A DNA stretch of 61,841 nt, counting the filler, from Choristocarpus tenellus KU-1152 (lineage: Eukaryota; Protista; Phaeophyceae): assembly GCA_964200185.2 (NCBI GenBank). It is 6 parts of 6 records of this genome, joined end to end, with 100 filler letters (N's around TTAATTAATTAA, not from the genome) between each part and the next. Parts side by side here need not be neighbours in the genome. Positions count along the whole stretch, not along the records: positions 5,543 to 16,676 come from CAXNAD020002489.1; positions 16,777 to 20,163 come from CAXNAD020020381.1; positions 20,264 to 24,804 come from CAXNAD020014083.1; positions 24,905 to 33,758 come from CAXNAD020004256.1; 2 more parts are not named here. The stretch is one strand, 5' to 3'. The stretch's first letter is position 1, and each line of letters begins with the position of its first letter. Shown in pieces: positions 16,104-29,619 of the stretch. The position numbers and the translations under genes were made by a program. A model generated the notes under the pieces. It was not told the DNA's origin. It made no database searches and saw only the letters and a list, made by a program, of their open reading frames with translations.

Positions 16104-16624
16104 AATGATGAGGGGGCCTAATCAGATCAATTTACATGTGTACTCACCACTGACTGTTAAAAGCTGCCTTTCTCATCATCTCTCGCTTGCATTGATTACT
16201 CTCTTGTGTCCCTTTTTCCTCTACGTGATACACAATAAATGAGTTTGGATAGGATGGACTTGGTGCGACAATGGGTTTCTGGTTCTTTTTCCCACGAGAC
16301 CTGGTGATGTGCGATGGCATTGATGACACAACCATCCCAAGTGCTGTATTGTGTGCCAGTGGCTTTTCTTGGCTACAGGTGTACCCTTCTTCTTAGCTAT
16401 ACTCCGGTGTACATTTTATTTTTTTCTTCTTCATACAAATATTTTTTTCTTACTATAATTCTCATTGAGGCACTGTGTTATTATCATATTTCTTGCACCT
16501 TCATTTAACCACAGGATTGGTACCCCTCACACTAATGCGAATACTCACATCAATAATAAAAAACAATTGCATACTTCAGGTGCATAATGACAAAATGACA
16601 TTCAGCCCTATACTCTACCCCCCC

Positions 16625-16676
<52 letters not shown>

Positions 16677-16962
16677 NNNNNNNNNNNNNNNNNNNNNNNN
16701 NNNNNNNNNNNNNNNNNNNNTTAATTAATTAANNNNNNNNNNNNNNNNNNNNNNNNNNNNNNNNNNNNNNNNNNNNCCCCCACAACCCCCCCCTTCCCCC
16801 CCCCCCCCCCCCCCCCATCCGTGAAAAACGCACCCCCCCCCCCCCCCCCCCCCCCCCCACCCCAGATACTTTGACCCTATTCATAACCTGGAAGAGATGT
16901 AAATGCATTGGTTTACGCCAACCTCCTATCTCCATTCAAGTCCTTCAACAACGAGAAGACAC

Positions 16963-16997
16963 TTAGGGTTAGGGTTAGGGTTAGGGTTAGGGTTAGG
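16963..16997 (+). repeat. Interstitial telomeric repeat (TTAGGG)~6
   Basis: Direct read; one of many short tracts. Confidence 0.95.
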
Positions 16998-17579
16998 ATA
17001 ACTACAAACAAGTACAGCAATGATCAAAGAGTCAAAACAGCTGGTCAGGAGGGTAGGATTCTTTTTGTCCTGTATTTTTGCCTGTTGGGGACTTGCTTGA
17101 CTTCCCACGGGGTCTTTTGACTCCCTTTTTTTATGTGTTTTTTTTTATATTTGAATACAGTATACCAAAAAAAAAGAAGGTATACCTAAAGTGTATACGG
17201 CTGTGGAAGGTGTGTCTGGAGCAAAGGATAATTGATGCTTGATAAAAAACACAACAACCAAAATTACATCAAAATCGCAACATTATTTATTTGGATTATC
17301 GTCACCAAAATCACATCAAAATCACATCAAGTGCTCCGGCTCAAAAGCGTTTTTCTTTTTCTTTTTGTTAAAAGTAACAATCAGAGCACCGCAGTGAAAA
17401 ATGAAAAAAAATATATATATATATATTTTCAGAACATCACAATCCTCAGGAGCGTTCCAGGAGCCCTGCACAAAAAAAAAAATGAAACAACCCTCCAAGC
17501 CCAACCTAGAAAAAAGCATTACTCCTAACCCTAACTCCCCAACTTAGGGTTAGGGTTAACTCCTCGAAGATAGTCTCAC

Positions 17580-18551
17580 CACATAGTACAGCATTTGGTC
17601 CCTTGATCCATGGGCAAAGACTACGGCCCCCATCTTCTCAAACTCACTGACTACCTGAGAAATAAGCATTGAATGGAGCAACAGGCAAGGTATACCTTAA
17701 GGGCGTGCGTGCCCCTCACATGGTTGGGCAAATGCCCTTGTGGAGTCCATTAGATAGGGAGGTTTTATATATATAGACATAGAGATATAGATATGGATAA
17801 ATGTGTGTGTGTGTGTGTGTTGGTGTATACAGGCTTTGCATGGATGGGCCAAGGCTCTCAGGAAAGCAAAACTCTAGAGTCTATTTGGCAGGTAGGTTGT
17901 ATGTATATATACGTATTGGTGTGTTCGTGTTCGCAGGAAGATAACGCCTGGACAGGTGAGTAGGTAACGTTAAGGACAACAAAAGTAGAAATAATAATAC
18001 CAACAAAATAATACATAGTGCAACGAAAAAATGACAAAACAGTATCATTTGTAGCAAAACAGTGCTAAAAAAATAATTATTACAAATTATAAATAAAAAT
18101 ATAAAATAGACAATAACAATTGCAACAATACCGACAATGAATATAAAATAATAACAACAACAAAAATAATAATAATGATAATAACAATAACAATGGAAAT
18201 AACTGTAACAGTAATAATAATAATGATAACAAAAATAGTAAACAGAAATAACTATAGTAGTAGTAATAATAATGATAACAAAAATAGTAAATAGAAATAA
18301 CAATAAGAACAATACTAACAGTAAGAACAACAATAATAAAATGAACACTAATAATATTAACAACAAAATTCATATTGACAATAACGGAAAAAATAATTAA
18401 AATAAAAAATAGCAACAAGAACAATGATGTTGACAGCAATAATGATAACAAAATAGACCATAATAATAATAATAATGACAGCAATAGTAATAATATTAGC
18501 AATAATACTAGTAGTACTACCAAAAAAACAATAATAAGATGAGGAACACTA

Positions 18552-18593
<42 letters not shown>

Positions 18594-19689
18594 GATGAGG
18601 AACACTAATAATAATGATAATAATACAACAATTAGATGGTCAGCAAAGCATTCATCGAACTAGATACACAAGTAACAGGTGAACTGCAGCACCACCACAA
18701 CTGAGTCCACAACAACAAAGGATTAGTACCAAATTAGTACTAATTTAGTACTAAATTAGTACCAAATTACTACCAAATTCCAAAAAGCAACGGAGAGGTA
18801 GGCAGGTTTTGGACCCTTTTCATTATAGCCCTAACCCTGACTTCTTGAACAGGTGTACTATGCTCTCTCTAATTCACTCATTCACATAGTAGACCCACAA
18901 TTGTGTACAAAAAACTGAAATCCCCCCTTCCCCTTCCCTCGCTCTAAACGACATCAACAATCATCAAAAAGGAATGTCCCTTACAAAACTGTCCCTTACG
19001 AAACTGTAACAAAGAAAAACCTTTATTTTTTTGCCCAAACTCTCAAAATACATATTATTCACTCAACAAATACCGTGCAGAAAAACTCAAAACACACACA
19101 TAACACACAACACACAATAACATAAACACACATAACACACACACAACACACAACAACATAAACACACATAACACATACACAACACACACATAACACACAC
19201 ACAACACATAAACAACACACAATAACATAAACACACACACACAACACACAACACACACGCATGAAACAAAACAAAACAAAACAAAACAAAACAGTAAAAA
19301 ATGATGGCACGCAATACCGTTGAACCTTCTTCTTTTCAATTTTTTTTGTTTTTAAATACCGGTGCATCAAGAAAATACAAAAAAAAGTGTAATCTTTTCT
19401 GACATTACATACATACAAACATACATACAAACATATATACAAACATATATATTAAAAAAAAATAGCGAGTGACTGATACCTGCGTGCGTTTCGTGCGTCC
19501 ACAAAACACTACCATCTATATATATATATAGATGGATATATATATATATATATATCTGTGTCACCTCTTCCGAGATAATCACAAAAAAAAAACAGGTTCA
19601 CCTGTTGGTGGGTCCTGGTGGCTGTGCTCTTGAAGGACATGACCTCCATGAGGTGACAGGTACCCGCTGACTTGTCGGTTTCGTTCCGA
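17580..19689 (-). CDS. MPPA: Mitochondrial processing peptidase alpha subunit (M16 family), two internal exons
   Basis: Exon 19602-19689 (RNETDKSAGTCHLMEVMSFKSTATRTHQQ) joins in phase 0 to exon 17580-17654 (VVSEFEKMGAVVFAHGSRDQMLYYV). Matches the MPP-alpha pattern SRxE..G..HL+E.M+FKST..R....E.E.+G...A.+SR+QM.Y and lacks the HxxEH motif of the catalytic beta subunit. Confidence 0.85.
17985..18632. repeat. (AAT/AAC)n low-complexity tract in the MPP-alpha intron
   Basis: Degenerate trinucleotide runs, including a pure (AAT)n at ~18554-18592. Confidence 0.9.
19088..19293. repeat. CA-rich degenerate satellite followed by (AAAAC)n
   Basis: Direct read: ACACACATAACACACA-type units. Confidence 0.85.
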
Positions 19690-20311
19690 CTTGCAAAAAA
19701 AATAAAAAATAAAAATAATAATATTTATATTAATAATAATAATTAAAAAAAAGAAGAGGATTTAAAATGTCAATAGAAACAGAACATGTACGAGTTTAAT
19801 AAAAACAAAAAACAAGAAGTTAATAAAAGAGGATTTTAATTGTTGATAGAAATAAAAAACAAGAAGTTAAAAGTAAAATGTAGAAAGTTGATAAAAAAAA
19901 GGATTTTAAAAAGTCAATAAAAACAAAACATGAAAGAGTCAATAACGAGGATTTTAATGGTCAACAAAAATAAAAGTTAATTAAATTATTCTTAAGTTAA
20001 AAAAGAATAATGCAGCGTTCCAAGAGTGCTCCAGCGTATATACCTAGCTATTTTTTTCTGTACAGGTTTCACAGAAAAAGTAAGCCGTTTTCTTTTCTGT
20101 AATAAACACAAAAAAAGGGGGGAGGGGGGGGGGGGGGGGGGGGGAGTGGTTTTCCTGAAAAAANNNNNNNNNNNNNNNNNNNNNNNNNNNNNNNNNNNNN
20201 NNNNNNNTTAATTAATTAANNNNNNNNNNNNNNNNNNNNNNNNNNNNNNNNNNNNNNNNNNNNAAAAAAACAAAGGGGAGAAGGGTAGGAGGGGGGGGGA
20301 TGGAGAAGAAA

Positions 20312-20354
<43 letters not shown>

Positions 20355-20556
20355 TGGGTGGAGTATCAGAGCTGCAAAAAATAAAACGTAGGGACATACT
20401 AGTGTGTAGGTAGGCAGGTGCTATGGGGGGGGATGTGCTGGGGGGAGAGGGGTACTCATTATGAGGTTCAAGTTCCAAAATGTGGATGTTCTGTTGAGTA
20501 CCTGGCTCTATTGTCCTTGAATGCCAGGAGTAACTCTCAAAAAATGAAATTCTTAC

Positions 20557-23500
20557 CCAACTTGTGATAGTTTGAAGATCTGAGGTGTAGTGCAGTACCA
20601 AGTCTTTCTTAAAAAAAAAAAGTAGAGCTCTAGTAGGCTGTAAGCCTACATTAAAAACCCCCCATGAAACACAATTTTCAAAGTAGACATACGTCCACTT
20701 TACAAAATATAGCAAATTAACTTCAAGTGATAGAAACTAATATTGTCAGACCTTAACACTTTCTTAATTCCTCTACTCAACATTAAATCAAACAATTCGA
20801 GTCGATCAGGATAACTACTTTGTCAGGAAGGCTTTTTGCTCAAGGCTTCAGAGCCGACAGTGTAGAATAGGCAGAAAATATCAAATTGCTTCGAGATTTT
20901 AGGGCAACCTCACCATGGAATTTTCGCAAGACCCCTACAAAAACAACAATCTGGTACCACCTTGTGAAACTACAGCTTGCCCACTGAACTATTTGAAGTG
21001 ATGCTTCACTGTAACAGGTTTTGTTGATCCACTACTTTAGTCACTGGACATTCATTCTCCACAAAGCCTTCACAATGTTCAACTTTCATACGTGCCCTTT
21101 GTGTGCACTGAGAAACCAAAGAAGACCAAACCTTGAGAGCCGTTTTTTCCGATACCTCAATGAGTGCATGCACAAGAGCAGCATCACTCTTCCAATTCCA
21201 AATCTACATTTACCCGCCTCTCCGGAAACACCCAGGACACAGCATGAAATTGTTGTACAAAAGGGTGCTGCCTACACAATCCATTTCATGAACAATACCC
21301 TAACCCTAACCCTCAAAACAAACGAGAAAAAGAAGGGCTACTACGAGTTGGTCTATTACGGTAGACAGCACGGTCTCCAATGTAAATAATAAAAAACATT
21401 CAACAACAACAACAACAAAGATGAAAAAATATATAGACATACAAAAAAATATATACGGAAAAGAGAACCACCACGTGACGCTCAACAAAGCATATCAATT
21501 ACTGTCCATCAGTATCAATCCTCTGGGCCGGGGGGGACAGGAAAACCCAGCAGCACACACACCTTGGTAACATCACAGGCACAACAAAAAAGTCACCGGC
21601 CAGTCATCAATGGTATTTGAGGCAATGAACACGGTAGGATCACACCGCTGACTATTCCACACATCTAACAAAACACAAGGCAGGTTTCAAAGAGAGCATG
21701 GAACAGGAAGAATCAACTCTGATAAAATATTTATCTGTCCCACAAAATCACAAGAGAGAGAGAGTGATGAGTGTGACACTGATCTCCTAGTTCTGGTGCA
21801 CCAATTAGGCAAATACAGGTCTTTTTTCCTCTATCATCACCAATGACCATTAATCAACAGTTACATCTATTCATCACTGCAAAACTACCCCCTGAAAAAC
21901 CTCACCCTCCAATGTAAAAACCAAGCACGACATGAAAAAAACCCCTACAAAATTGGGTTGCCTGAGTAACCTTGGCCCAGTCAGTACCACTCAGGTTGGC
22001 ATCATCAGAATCCTAATTAGCCTGTCCCACGTCAAAATTTGGCCTGGAGGTAGCGTTGGGGTTTGGGCATTGCTCAAGTATCCTCCATCTCCAATGATGA
22101 ACTCTTCTATGTCCACTGAGAAAACTAGGAAAAATGCCACCAACAGAAGGCTCCGACAATCAAATAATGCCACTCGTAATGAAACCCTAACCCTAAAGAG
22201 GAGGAGGCAATAGCACTAGCCAGAGAGGCGTGCGCGCACCTGATGACTTTGTACATGACCAAGATACTGACTGAGCAAGTCGTCAGCACAGAATTTGATT
22301 ATCTAGGAAATGGAAAGGAGTGGGCATCGCGCCTGGCCGCCAGGAGCTGATCACCCCTGGAAAAAAAAGAAGAAAAACTAGGAACAATAGCTTGCCAATT
22401 GTGATGACTTGTTCGACAACGTGGTCATCTATAGATCATCAATGACCTGCAGCCTGTCTAGCTAGCCCCCTGTGGCGTCCTACACATCCCTAGGTTGCCA
22501 ACTTTGTCACCTAGGACTCCCTAAACACCTCGGATTTGTACAGGGGCATTAGGCGTTGCCTATCAGACTCAGACTCTTGCTTCCTTCCCCTACCCAAAGT
22601 TGGATAAGACTTTCATCGTGTTGCACAAAGCAACACAAGCCCTAACCCTGACCGTATCGCCACAGTCAACCTGTATCAACAGTGCCCCATCAACCAAAAA
22701 ACAGGCAACATCACCCAAAGCCAAAATTGATACACTGGTGTTGCCCTTCAAGAAAGGGGGCCCTTCTACCTTCTACACACAATCCTGATCTATCGATATC
22801 CCAGCCGTTGCAGATGCATCTACCCTTACTGTGTAATACATTGAAGTGTCACAGCCTTGTCACAAGGCTATCACAGAGCACAGTCTCCACAGCTCCCGAA
22901 CTGCAAAATGTTCTTATATCAAGAGAATTCTCCGTCAAACGAATATAACATTACTCTATCATTACAGTACTATCATACAATCATACTACTACAGCAGGCG
23001 TATCGCAACCCTCAGCATACCGTCACAGGACGTGGTACAGGAAATCGCACATACTGTTCAATAAACACTAAGGTACAAGGTACTCTACTGCAGTCCCATT
23101 CTTGTCAAGGTACCTGCTGGTAGTGCACTTCCACTGCACACAAACCAAACGAGAGAACTGCAAGGCGTATCCCACACACGAATACATCCAACTCAAAAGA
23201 AAAAAAAAAGTGCTCTAGGCTTTAAACTCACAGTCACATCTCTACAAGTGAGAGCATACATGGTTGGGATTGAATCCAAAACCCAAGTGTACTTGACATA
23301 ATACTCCCTCCTTTTTTTTTGTCTGTTGTAATGGCTCATATCAGGTCCTTTTTCAATCCTGCAAATAGGACTGCTACTCCTCTGGCAAAAACATATTCCC
23401 CTTGGTATGACTCTCAAATCGATCACACAATGGCTCAATAACTGTCAACGCCTCAAAGGTCCATGAACAACCCAACAGAGCAAGAGTGCATAACCACTTC

Positions 23501-23588
23501 GTTTCAAAAGCTTCTATCACACAACCATCATCCGCCTCCATAAAATTAGCAAAACCAGACCTACGGTTTCTTCCAAGCCCTCAAGTTC
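20557..23588 (-). CDS. Partial micro-exon-rich gene, possibly a JmjC/cupin-like protein
   Basis: Candidate GT-AG exons: 23565-23588 (ELEGLEET), 23021-23053 (YVRFPVPRPVT), 22653-22670 (VDCGDT), 22240-22302 (IIKFCADDLLSQYLGHVQSHQ), 21597-21664 (xVWNSQRCDPTVFIASNTIDDWP), 21156-21203 (IWNWKSDAALVHALIE), 20914-20934 (GSCENSM), 20557-20607 (KDLVLHYTSDLQTITSW). PTVF...DWPIWNW resembles the N-terminal P-V-x-DWP-xx-W motif of Cupin_8/JmjC proteins. The linking exon between 22240 and 21664 is unresolved. Confidence 0.45.
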
Positions 23589-24081
23589 CTGTTACAACAA
23601 GTGCTGCACACAGTGCAGCAGAGATCTACTAGTGTTTCAATTCCACTCATTACGTTCACTAAAAACACAACTACACAGTGGAGTAGGGTTCAAAATTTGA
23701 ATCAGTAACGGCGCAACTTGAAGAAGCAACGTGAAATTGGAATCTTACATTTTGCTGCCACGAATTTGGAGGGGCAGATATGCAACCGTCGCGGTAAAAT
23801 CGGATCTCAGATTCATATCAGCATATCATTAAGAAGATTCGCCTCAAAAAAAAGATACATATATATATATATATATAATAGCCCATGTTGTGGCGTTTAA
23901 GTTCCAAAGCAAATTTTTAGGCGTTAAACCCTAACTGTTTATTTCTGAGTATTATTGTGCATGAATGCTAGTCAACAGGCAGACATTTTCCCACTGCCAT
24001 TCGAAGTTGACTGAAGACTCCCGGGTTTAAAGAGCAAGTCAAAACGGTTGAGTTCCAAATATACGCAAGGAGCAAGTACTT

Positions 24082-24105
24082 GGGGTTAGGGTTAGGGTTA
24101 GGGTT
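24082..24105 (+). repeat. Interstitial telomeric repeat (TTAGGG)~4
   Basis: Direct read. Confidence 0.9.
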
Positions 24106-24687
24106 AAAAAAACTACTATTGAATAACCCATACTTGAAAACTGATTGATTTGATTTACACAAAGAGTCCTAAATCTGAACTACCCCAAGGTTCGGGTTTC
24201 ATGTTCATGGGAGCGATTCTTGGTGTTGTGACAACTTCATAACCCTAACTAAAAATTACTAAATATTTAAAAGAAAAATCAAATCTTGAAACCACATGGG
24301 GCAACAAGGGTATCCCATTACAGAAAACATTTGGTAGCATCTGCACTACCTGCTCCCACTCTCCAAGATGTTCTTAATTCTACCACAACAATGCACACTT
24401 TCCCAAGCTGAGAGATGAGACCCAATAGTGTCAGGACCAAGTACAGTGAGCATTACCATACTAGACCTATGGAGGCCCAAAGGTATGAAGTGCAAACATC
24501 AGCCCCCATGACCGAAAAAGCACACCCTGCAAATGTATACAGGACAGTGTGCAAGCTTGCACCAGCGTTTATAATCACTGGCTTATCTTCAACATTTATA
24601 TATATTAGAGTCAGTAAATGGACCCTTCTCAACACCAACCAGCACCACCGAAGTGGCACTACACTACCTCCAGCCGCATCACAATCA

Positions 24688-24745
<58 letters not shown>

Positions 24746-24999
24746 ACCCCACCCCCAACAACCCCAACACCACCCCACAACACCCCCCCCCACACAACAC
24801 CCCANNNNNNNNNNNNNNNNNNNNNNNNNNNNNNNNNNNNNNNNNNNNTTAATTAATTAANNNNNNNNNNNNNNNNNNNNNNNNNNNNNNNNNNNNNNNN
24901 NNNNTGTTCCGCATCACTCCACCAAATCAATCACCCCGCTTGACACAAGACCTGCACCACACCCTACTCCCACAACCCACAACATCCCCCATCTCTTAC

Positions 25000-25719
25000 G
25001 TGGTGTCAAACGCCAGTGAACGCCCGTACAAAGTGTGGAGCATGGCATGGCCCGTGCGGTCAGCTGCACATGCGCAGCGATATGCCTGCCCCCCCTTGCC
25101 GTAGTCAAGCGACTGCCCTCCAAAGGCTCGCTGGTAGATCTTCCCATCCTCCGTACGCGAGAAGGGTAAGCCATACGACTCCAGTTCCAAAACCTTGACA
25201 AAAAAAGAAGGAATATTGCGGGGCAAAATGGGGGTATCGTACAAGAACGGTTGGGGAATGTCAGGCTATTGCAGATGTGGAGGGGGTTATCAGGCTGCAC
25301 AGGTGGGGTGACAGAGGGGTGTCCTAACAAGCCCGAGGGAGAATCAACACACACACCAGTGTGTGTGTGTACACACTGACACACACATTCAGTAATGGCA
25401 ACTTGGATGTGGCCTACCTCCAGCCTCCAACCTTTTCTGTCTATATTCTTTTTCTTTGATCTGTACCATATTAGTATTATATTAGTACCTATCAGTCCGT
25501 GGTAAATCTCAGGAGTTGGCGGTTGATAGGGGGAGACCTGCGGTTGCGTGAGTGGATGCAAGGGTTCTGCCCCTCTCAGGTAAATTCGCCGACATCGCTA
25601 CAAAAAGACAGTAAGCACACACACCTTTTTTCTTACACAAACGTTACACGATATTATGTATAGGTAAAAAGTGCACAAACCAACACAATTCATAAAAGAC
25701 ATAAGTATGTGTATAATTT

Positions 25720-25770
<51 letters not shown>

Positions 25771-27656
25771 TTATTTATTTTTTATTTGAGTTCACGGTAG
25801 TTGGGCATGATGGGGGGTCAAGGATGAAGGATCCCATCGCTCACTTCCACATACCGCACGAGGTGCTTCCCTGCACATGTAATGGATGGCATCCTGGTCT
25901 CCCAGCCAATCAGAGCCCTTTACCGTATCATACATGTGCCACCTAAATTTTTTTTTCAAGTCAATTTGTAAAAATTTAGGGTGGTGAGGACACGCTCACT
26001 ATTTTGTTCTGCCTGCCTGCCTGCCTGCCTGCAGGTGAGTGCAAAAGTCAAGGGGCTGTGGACGAGGGCATTGGACCAGAGAGAGGGAAGGGCTCTTGAT
26101 ACCTGTGGCGAGAGATAGATAGTTCCCCTCCCGATTGATTCTGTCGCCTAATTTATTTCTTTTTTCTTTTTTCTACTTGCCCCCCCCCCTTAAAAATGCT
26201 CATGAATGATGTGCATGCTTCTTCCTAGCAACCAACAATGAAGTCGGACGAGAGGGATCAAGGGCACCTTTGCAGCGCCAAGTACTGTCAAATCCTGGAA
26301 TGTTGGTCGTCATCAGCACGCCGCCAAACTTACAGAACAGAATGAGTTTGTTTCTCGAGCGCAACTGAGTAGCCACTTGCCGTCCTCTTATCTTTTTCAT
26401 GCAATTGATAAGCTCCGGTTCCACTTCCCCATCATACCCCACCGAGGGAAATGCTTACAGCAAAGGGTATCGCCTAGACAGTCCCTCCACTATGGATCGC
26501 CGAACCCCCTAGTAGTCCCAAAGCACACGATGCAATGATACATGGACAATGCAAAACTTCAGCTATACTGCCCGAACACAGAGCTCAAGACGCCCTCACC
26601 TATCACCAAACATGGTACCATGCTGACAAAAAATACAAATGGAAATAACTTTCTTCCAAACGGGTGGGCAAAGGGCATGCCCCTACATGCATTGTAAGCT
26701 GCTACATTGGACATTGTGCCATGTTCATGGAAAAAATCGACCCGACTAAACACAATTGAAAAGAGCAGTTTTGATTTAATCAGCTTGGGAGAAAGCAATC
26801 CCCTATCCTCCCCTTGTGTGTTGATCAACCAGGGGGTATGGTACAAAAGATCAGGAGTCTCACAATAGGAACACTCCACCAAAGTCCCAGTACTGGATGC
26901 AAAATGCAAGGAAAATAAAAAGGTGAGCAAGTGCAGTGGCAGGTAGGCAGAGCAAGTCAGGGAGCGGGCATAATACCTCCAATCGTCCTCTGTCATGTTT
27001 CCCAGGGCAGCGTTAATACCCCCTTGCGCCGCCACCGTGTGTGAGCGCGTCGGGAAGAGCTTGGTGATGCAGGCAGTCTTCAGTCCTGCCTCTGCACAAC
27101 CCATGGCCGCTCGTAATCCTGCACCCCCTGCCCCCACCACCACCGCATCGTACTTGTGGTCCACTAGAGAAATGCAAAGTGTATCAGACAGTGGGGAGAA
27201 GGTCGGGTGGAGAAGATGATCATCATTGCCAGTGGCAGGAGATTTCTATGTAAGGCACGACATCACTTGAGGAGCTGCAGGCAGCATGTGTACGTCAAGG
27301 TGCAAGAGTGACTGGGGAGCAATACATTGAATGACACAACCGGAGAAGTAGGAAGTGCAAGAGTGAAGCGGCCACAGGGACTGCAGAAGGGGATTGTATG
27401 TTACGTAGCGCCAAAAGATAACCCGAGCTTGATTCGTTGCACAAATAGGGGTGGCCCGCTCTTGCTGTGCAACCTGGCGCAATTTTCTAGTTCAGACTCC
27501 ATAGCACACGTAGTCTTGCAGTGATTAAGAAGACGACACGCAACATACCCACTCACCAACTGTGTACTTGGAAGTCACATCAGTGGCTCCAGTAGTAGCC
27601 TGTGCAGCACTGCCTACCACCGACCGTACTGTGGGGGAAGTATGAAACAGTCGAGC
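25000..27656 (-). CDS. SDH1: Succinate dehydrogenase flavoprotein subunit, mitochondrial; 5' part (first exon not located, 3' part beyond contig end)
   Basis: Exons ~27557-27656 (ARLFHTSPT...SKYTV, transit-peptide-like; acceptor ambiguous), 26977-27163 ([19 protein letters not shown]...[30 protein letters not shown]), 25855-25942 ([29 protein letters not shown]) and 25000-25193 ([28 protein letters not shown]...[14 protein letters not shown]). Has the FAD-binding GxGxxG and the flavinylated His in SHTVAAQGG. Confidence 0.97.
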
Positions 27657-28477
27657 CTTGCTCGACGTGTTGCCATTTCAAGTAGGAAGACCAGCAGGCA
27701 AAGTGGGCAGGGATAAAGGGCCAGATGGATGAGAGGACCTTCGGGTAACATGGAGAAACGACCAGTGCCCAAACATCAGCAACAAATACGCAATATTTTT
27801 CACCAAGATATTATAATAAGCATTCACGATGTGATTTTACTCCGCCAGCAAGATGATCTTGTCTTCAACATCCATCAAGACCCACCCCTGCATCACCTAG
27901 GAGTTAGTACAAAATTCGAAAGTGGTGCAAAGGTGGGAAAGGGATGGTTGCTGCAGATTTGGTGTTTCTCTCATACACCTTAGACGAAGTTGCAACAGAA
28001 CCTCGCAGGCTGCATATTGAACGGAACATTATGGGGATGCCCTGTCTCCACAGTATTCGTGGTGAAGAGATTTGGTCGGTTAAGAGCTGCGATAACTCCG
28101 TTACGTGTGCTGGCAGCAAACGTGACACAAATTTTTAGCGGTAACGAAGCCCAGAGTATTTGTGAGAAGTTGGCCTCCTCGATGTAGAGAACAGGACTGG
28201 CAATGCTCGTGCTTTCTTACTTCCCCCTTTCTTCGTACTTTTTGAGCAGTTTCGATTGCTGGATCCTCCGAGTACATCCGACTCAGACACAATTTATACG
28301 ATTCCGTATCGTATCCATTGTTCGAGTTGGATTCATACGACAATAATTTATGAAAATATTAATATGTGTGGGTATTTCTTTTTACAGAATTTTCGTGGAT
28401 CATGGATGCATCCATAGATGTTGTGTTTCATCTTAGGGTGTCCACTACCATTATCTACTCACACCGACTGCTCCTTC

Positions 28478-28950
28478 CCCCTTACTGGGAAAAGGGCCTA
28501 CTGTTGGATGTGGCCTTCGCCGAGGTCGAAGCGGAGTGCCTACAACACTCATCTACGAAAGCGCATCCCTAAAAAAATAATAGGAATATTTTTGTTCTCG
28601 TATATCTTCATTATAAAATCAACATCTTCGTGGCGGAAAGCTTCGGGCGTCTAGGCGCAAAGTCGGAGCAATTCCTGGATGAGATGGCAACTCATATAGG
28701 GGCGTTGGGTGTTTCAGAAGGAAAGGGGCAGTGAAGGCAAGCCTACAGCAGATTGTTTTAGTCACAACACGAGTGGCAATCTTTAGGGCTCATACACTTG
28801 AAGCTAGGGATACCAGGCCAGTGGGCAAGACTAGCCCTGACAGACTCATGTGACTCTTTGCTTGTTTCTACATCGCCTTCATAGCACCAGTTTAGATGTG
28901 GTTTCATAAACGCCATTACGACCTTGAAGTACTAGATTCTATGTACTTGT
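28478..28950 (+). mobile_element. CRE-like non-LTR retrotransposon 3' end (restriction-like endonuclease), degenerate
   Basis: PYWEKGLLLDVAFAEVEA...FVAESFGRLGAKSEQFLDEMATH...KGAVKASLQQIVLVTTRVAI matches the RLE pattern LD(V)...E.+G.LG..A..FL..+A. The 3' region is homologous to the inverted copy at ~29660-29765. Confidence 0.7.
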
Positions 28951-29619
28951 ACTTCTTGGCTATTTATTCATTATTTGGTCATTATGGTCGACGATTGAGA
29001 AAAGACATCGCTGGCCAGTTCTTTTCCATACAATGATATTGATGTCATCGAGATATATCGCCTGAAACATATAGACTGACTAGTGCTGACTTCAAATTGA
29101 AGGGAAATTGTGTTAGTCAAGTGCTTCAAAAGTGGAAAAACGAGGTGATGGCTGACAAAGAAGGTGACCAAGTCGTGGGATACTTCTCTCGTTTCTAGAC
29201 TGCCTTCATATTGTCTGCCTATGAGTAGTTTCAGCTGTATATACCATCACATATTTCTTGGCTGCTTTTAGACATAATGCAGCAAATAATATACAAGTTC
29301 CTTGTGTCTGCAGGGGTTTTTTTGTTCCTTCAAAAACTAAGATAATGACTGCTACTTGTATTGTTGTCTAGGAAAGTCTTTATATTATGTCATGCTCACT
29401 CTGATATTGCAGATGTTGTCGAGGAAAGCACAAGAAGAAACATACAAGCAGAGAAAACAGCAAACAAAAAACAACAATAGTAGAAAGACACCGTATCTCT
29501 CCTGCGTGCAATGCCTTTTGATACATCAACTGCAGTTATAGGCTGTAGTATATTTCGAGACAAAGAACAAATGTACTCAAGAGTTAAAACCTGGTATTTG
29601 CATTTTACCTCAAAATATC

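Noticed and set aside
17881-19582. Long hydrophobic Leu/Val/Cys-rich ORFs in the ORF track
   Set aside because: Translations of (AAT)n and CA-rich simple repeats inside the MPP-alpha intron.
22198-22350. Plus-strand frame EEEAIALAREACAHLMTLY...ARS* and a minus-strand Cys-TGA (possible selenocysteine) reading
   Set aside because: Better explained as the shadow of the minus-strand 63-bp exon 22240-22302, which has strong splice sites. No selenoprotein motif or SECIS seen.
24415-24860. Poly-Pro/poly-Gly ORFs (also 16475-16935, 20212-20715, 43995-44457)
   Set aside because: Translations of homopolymer C/G tracts next to gaps.
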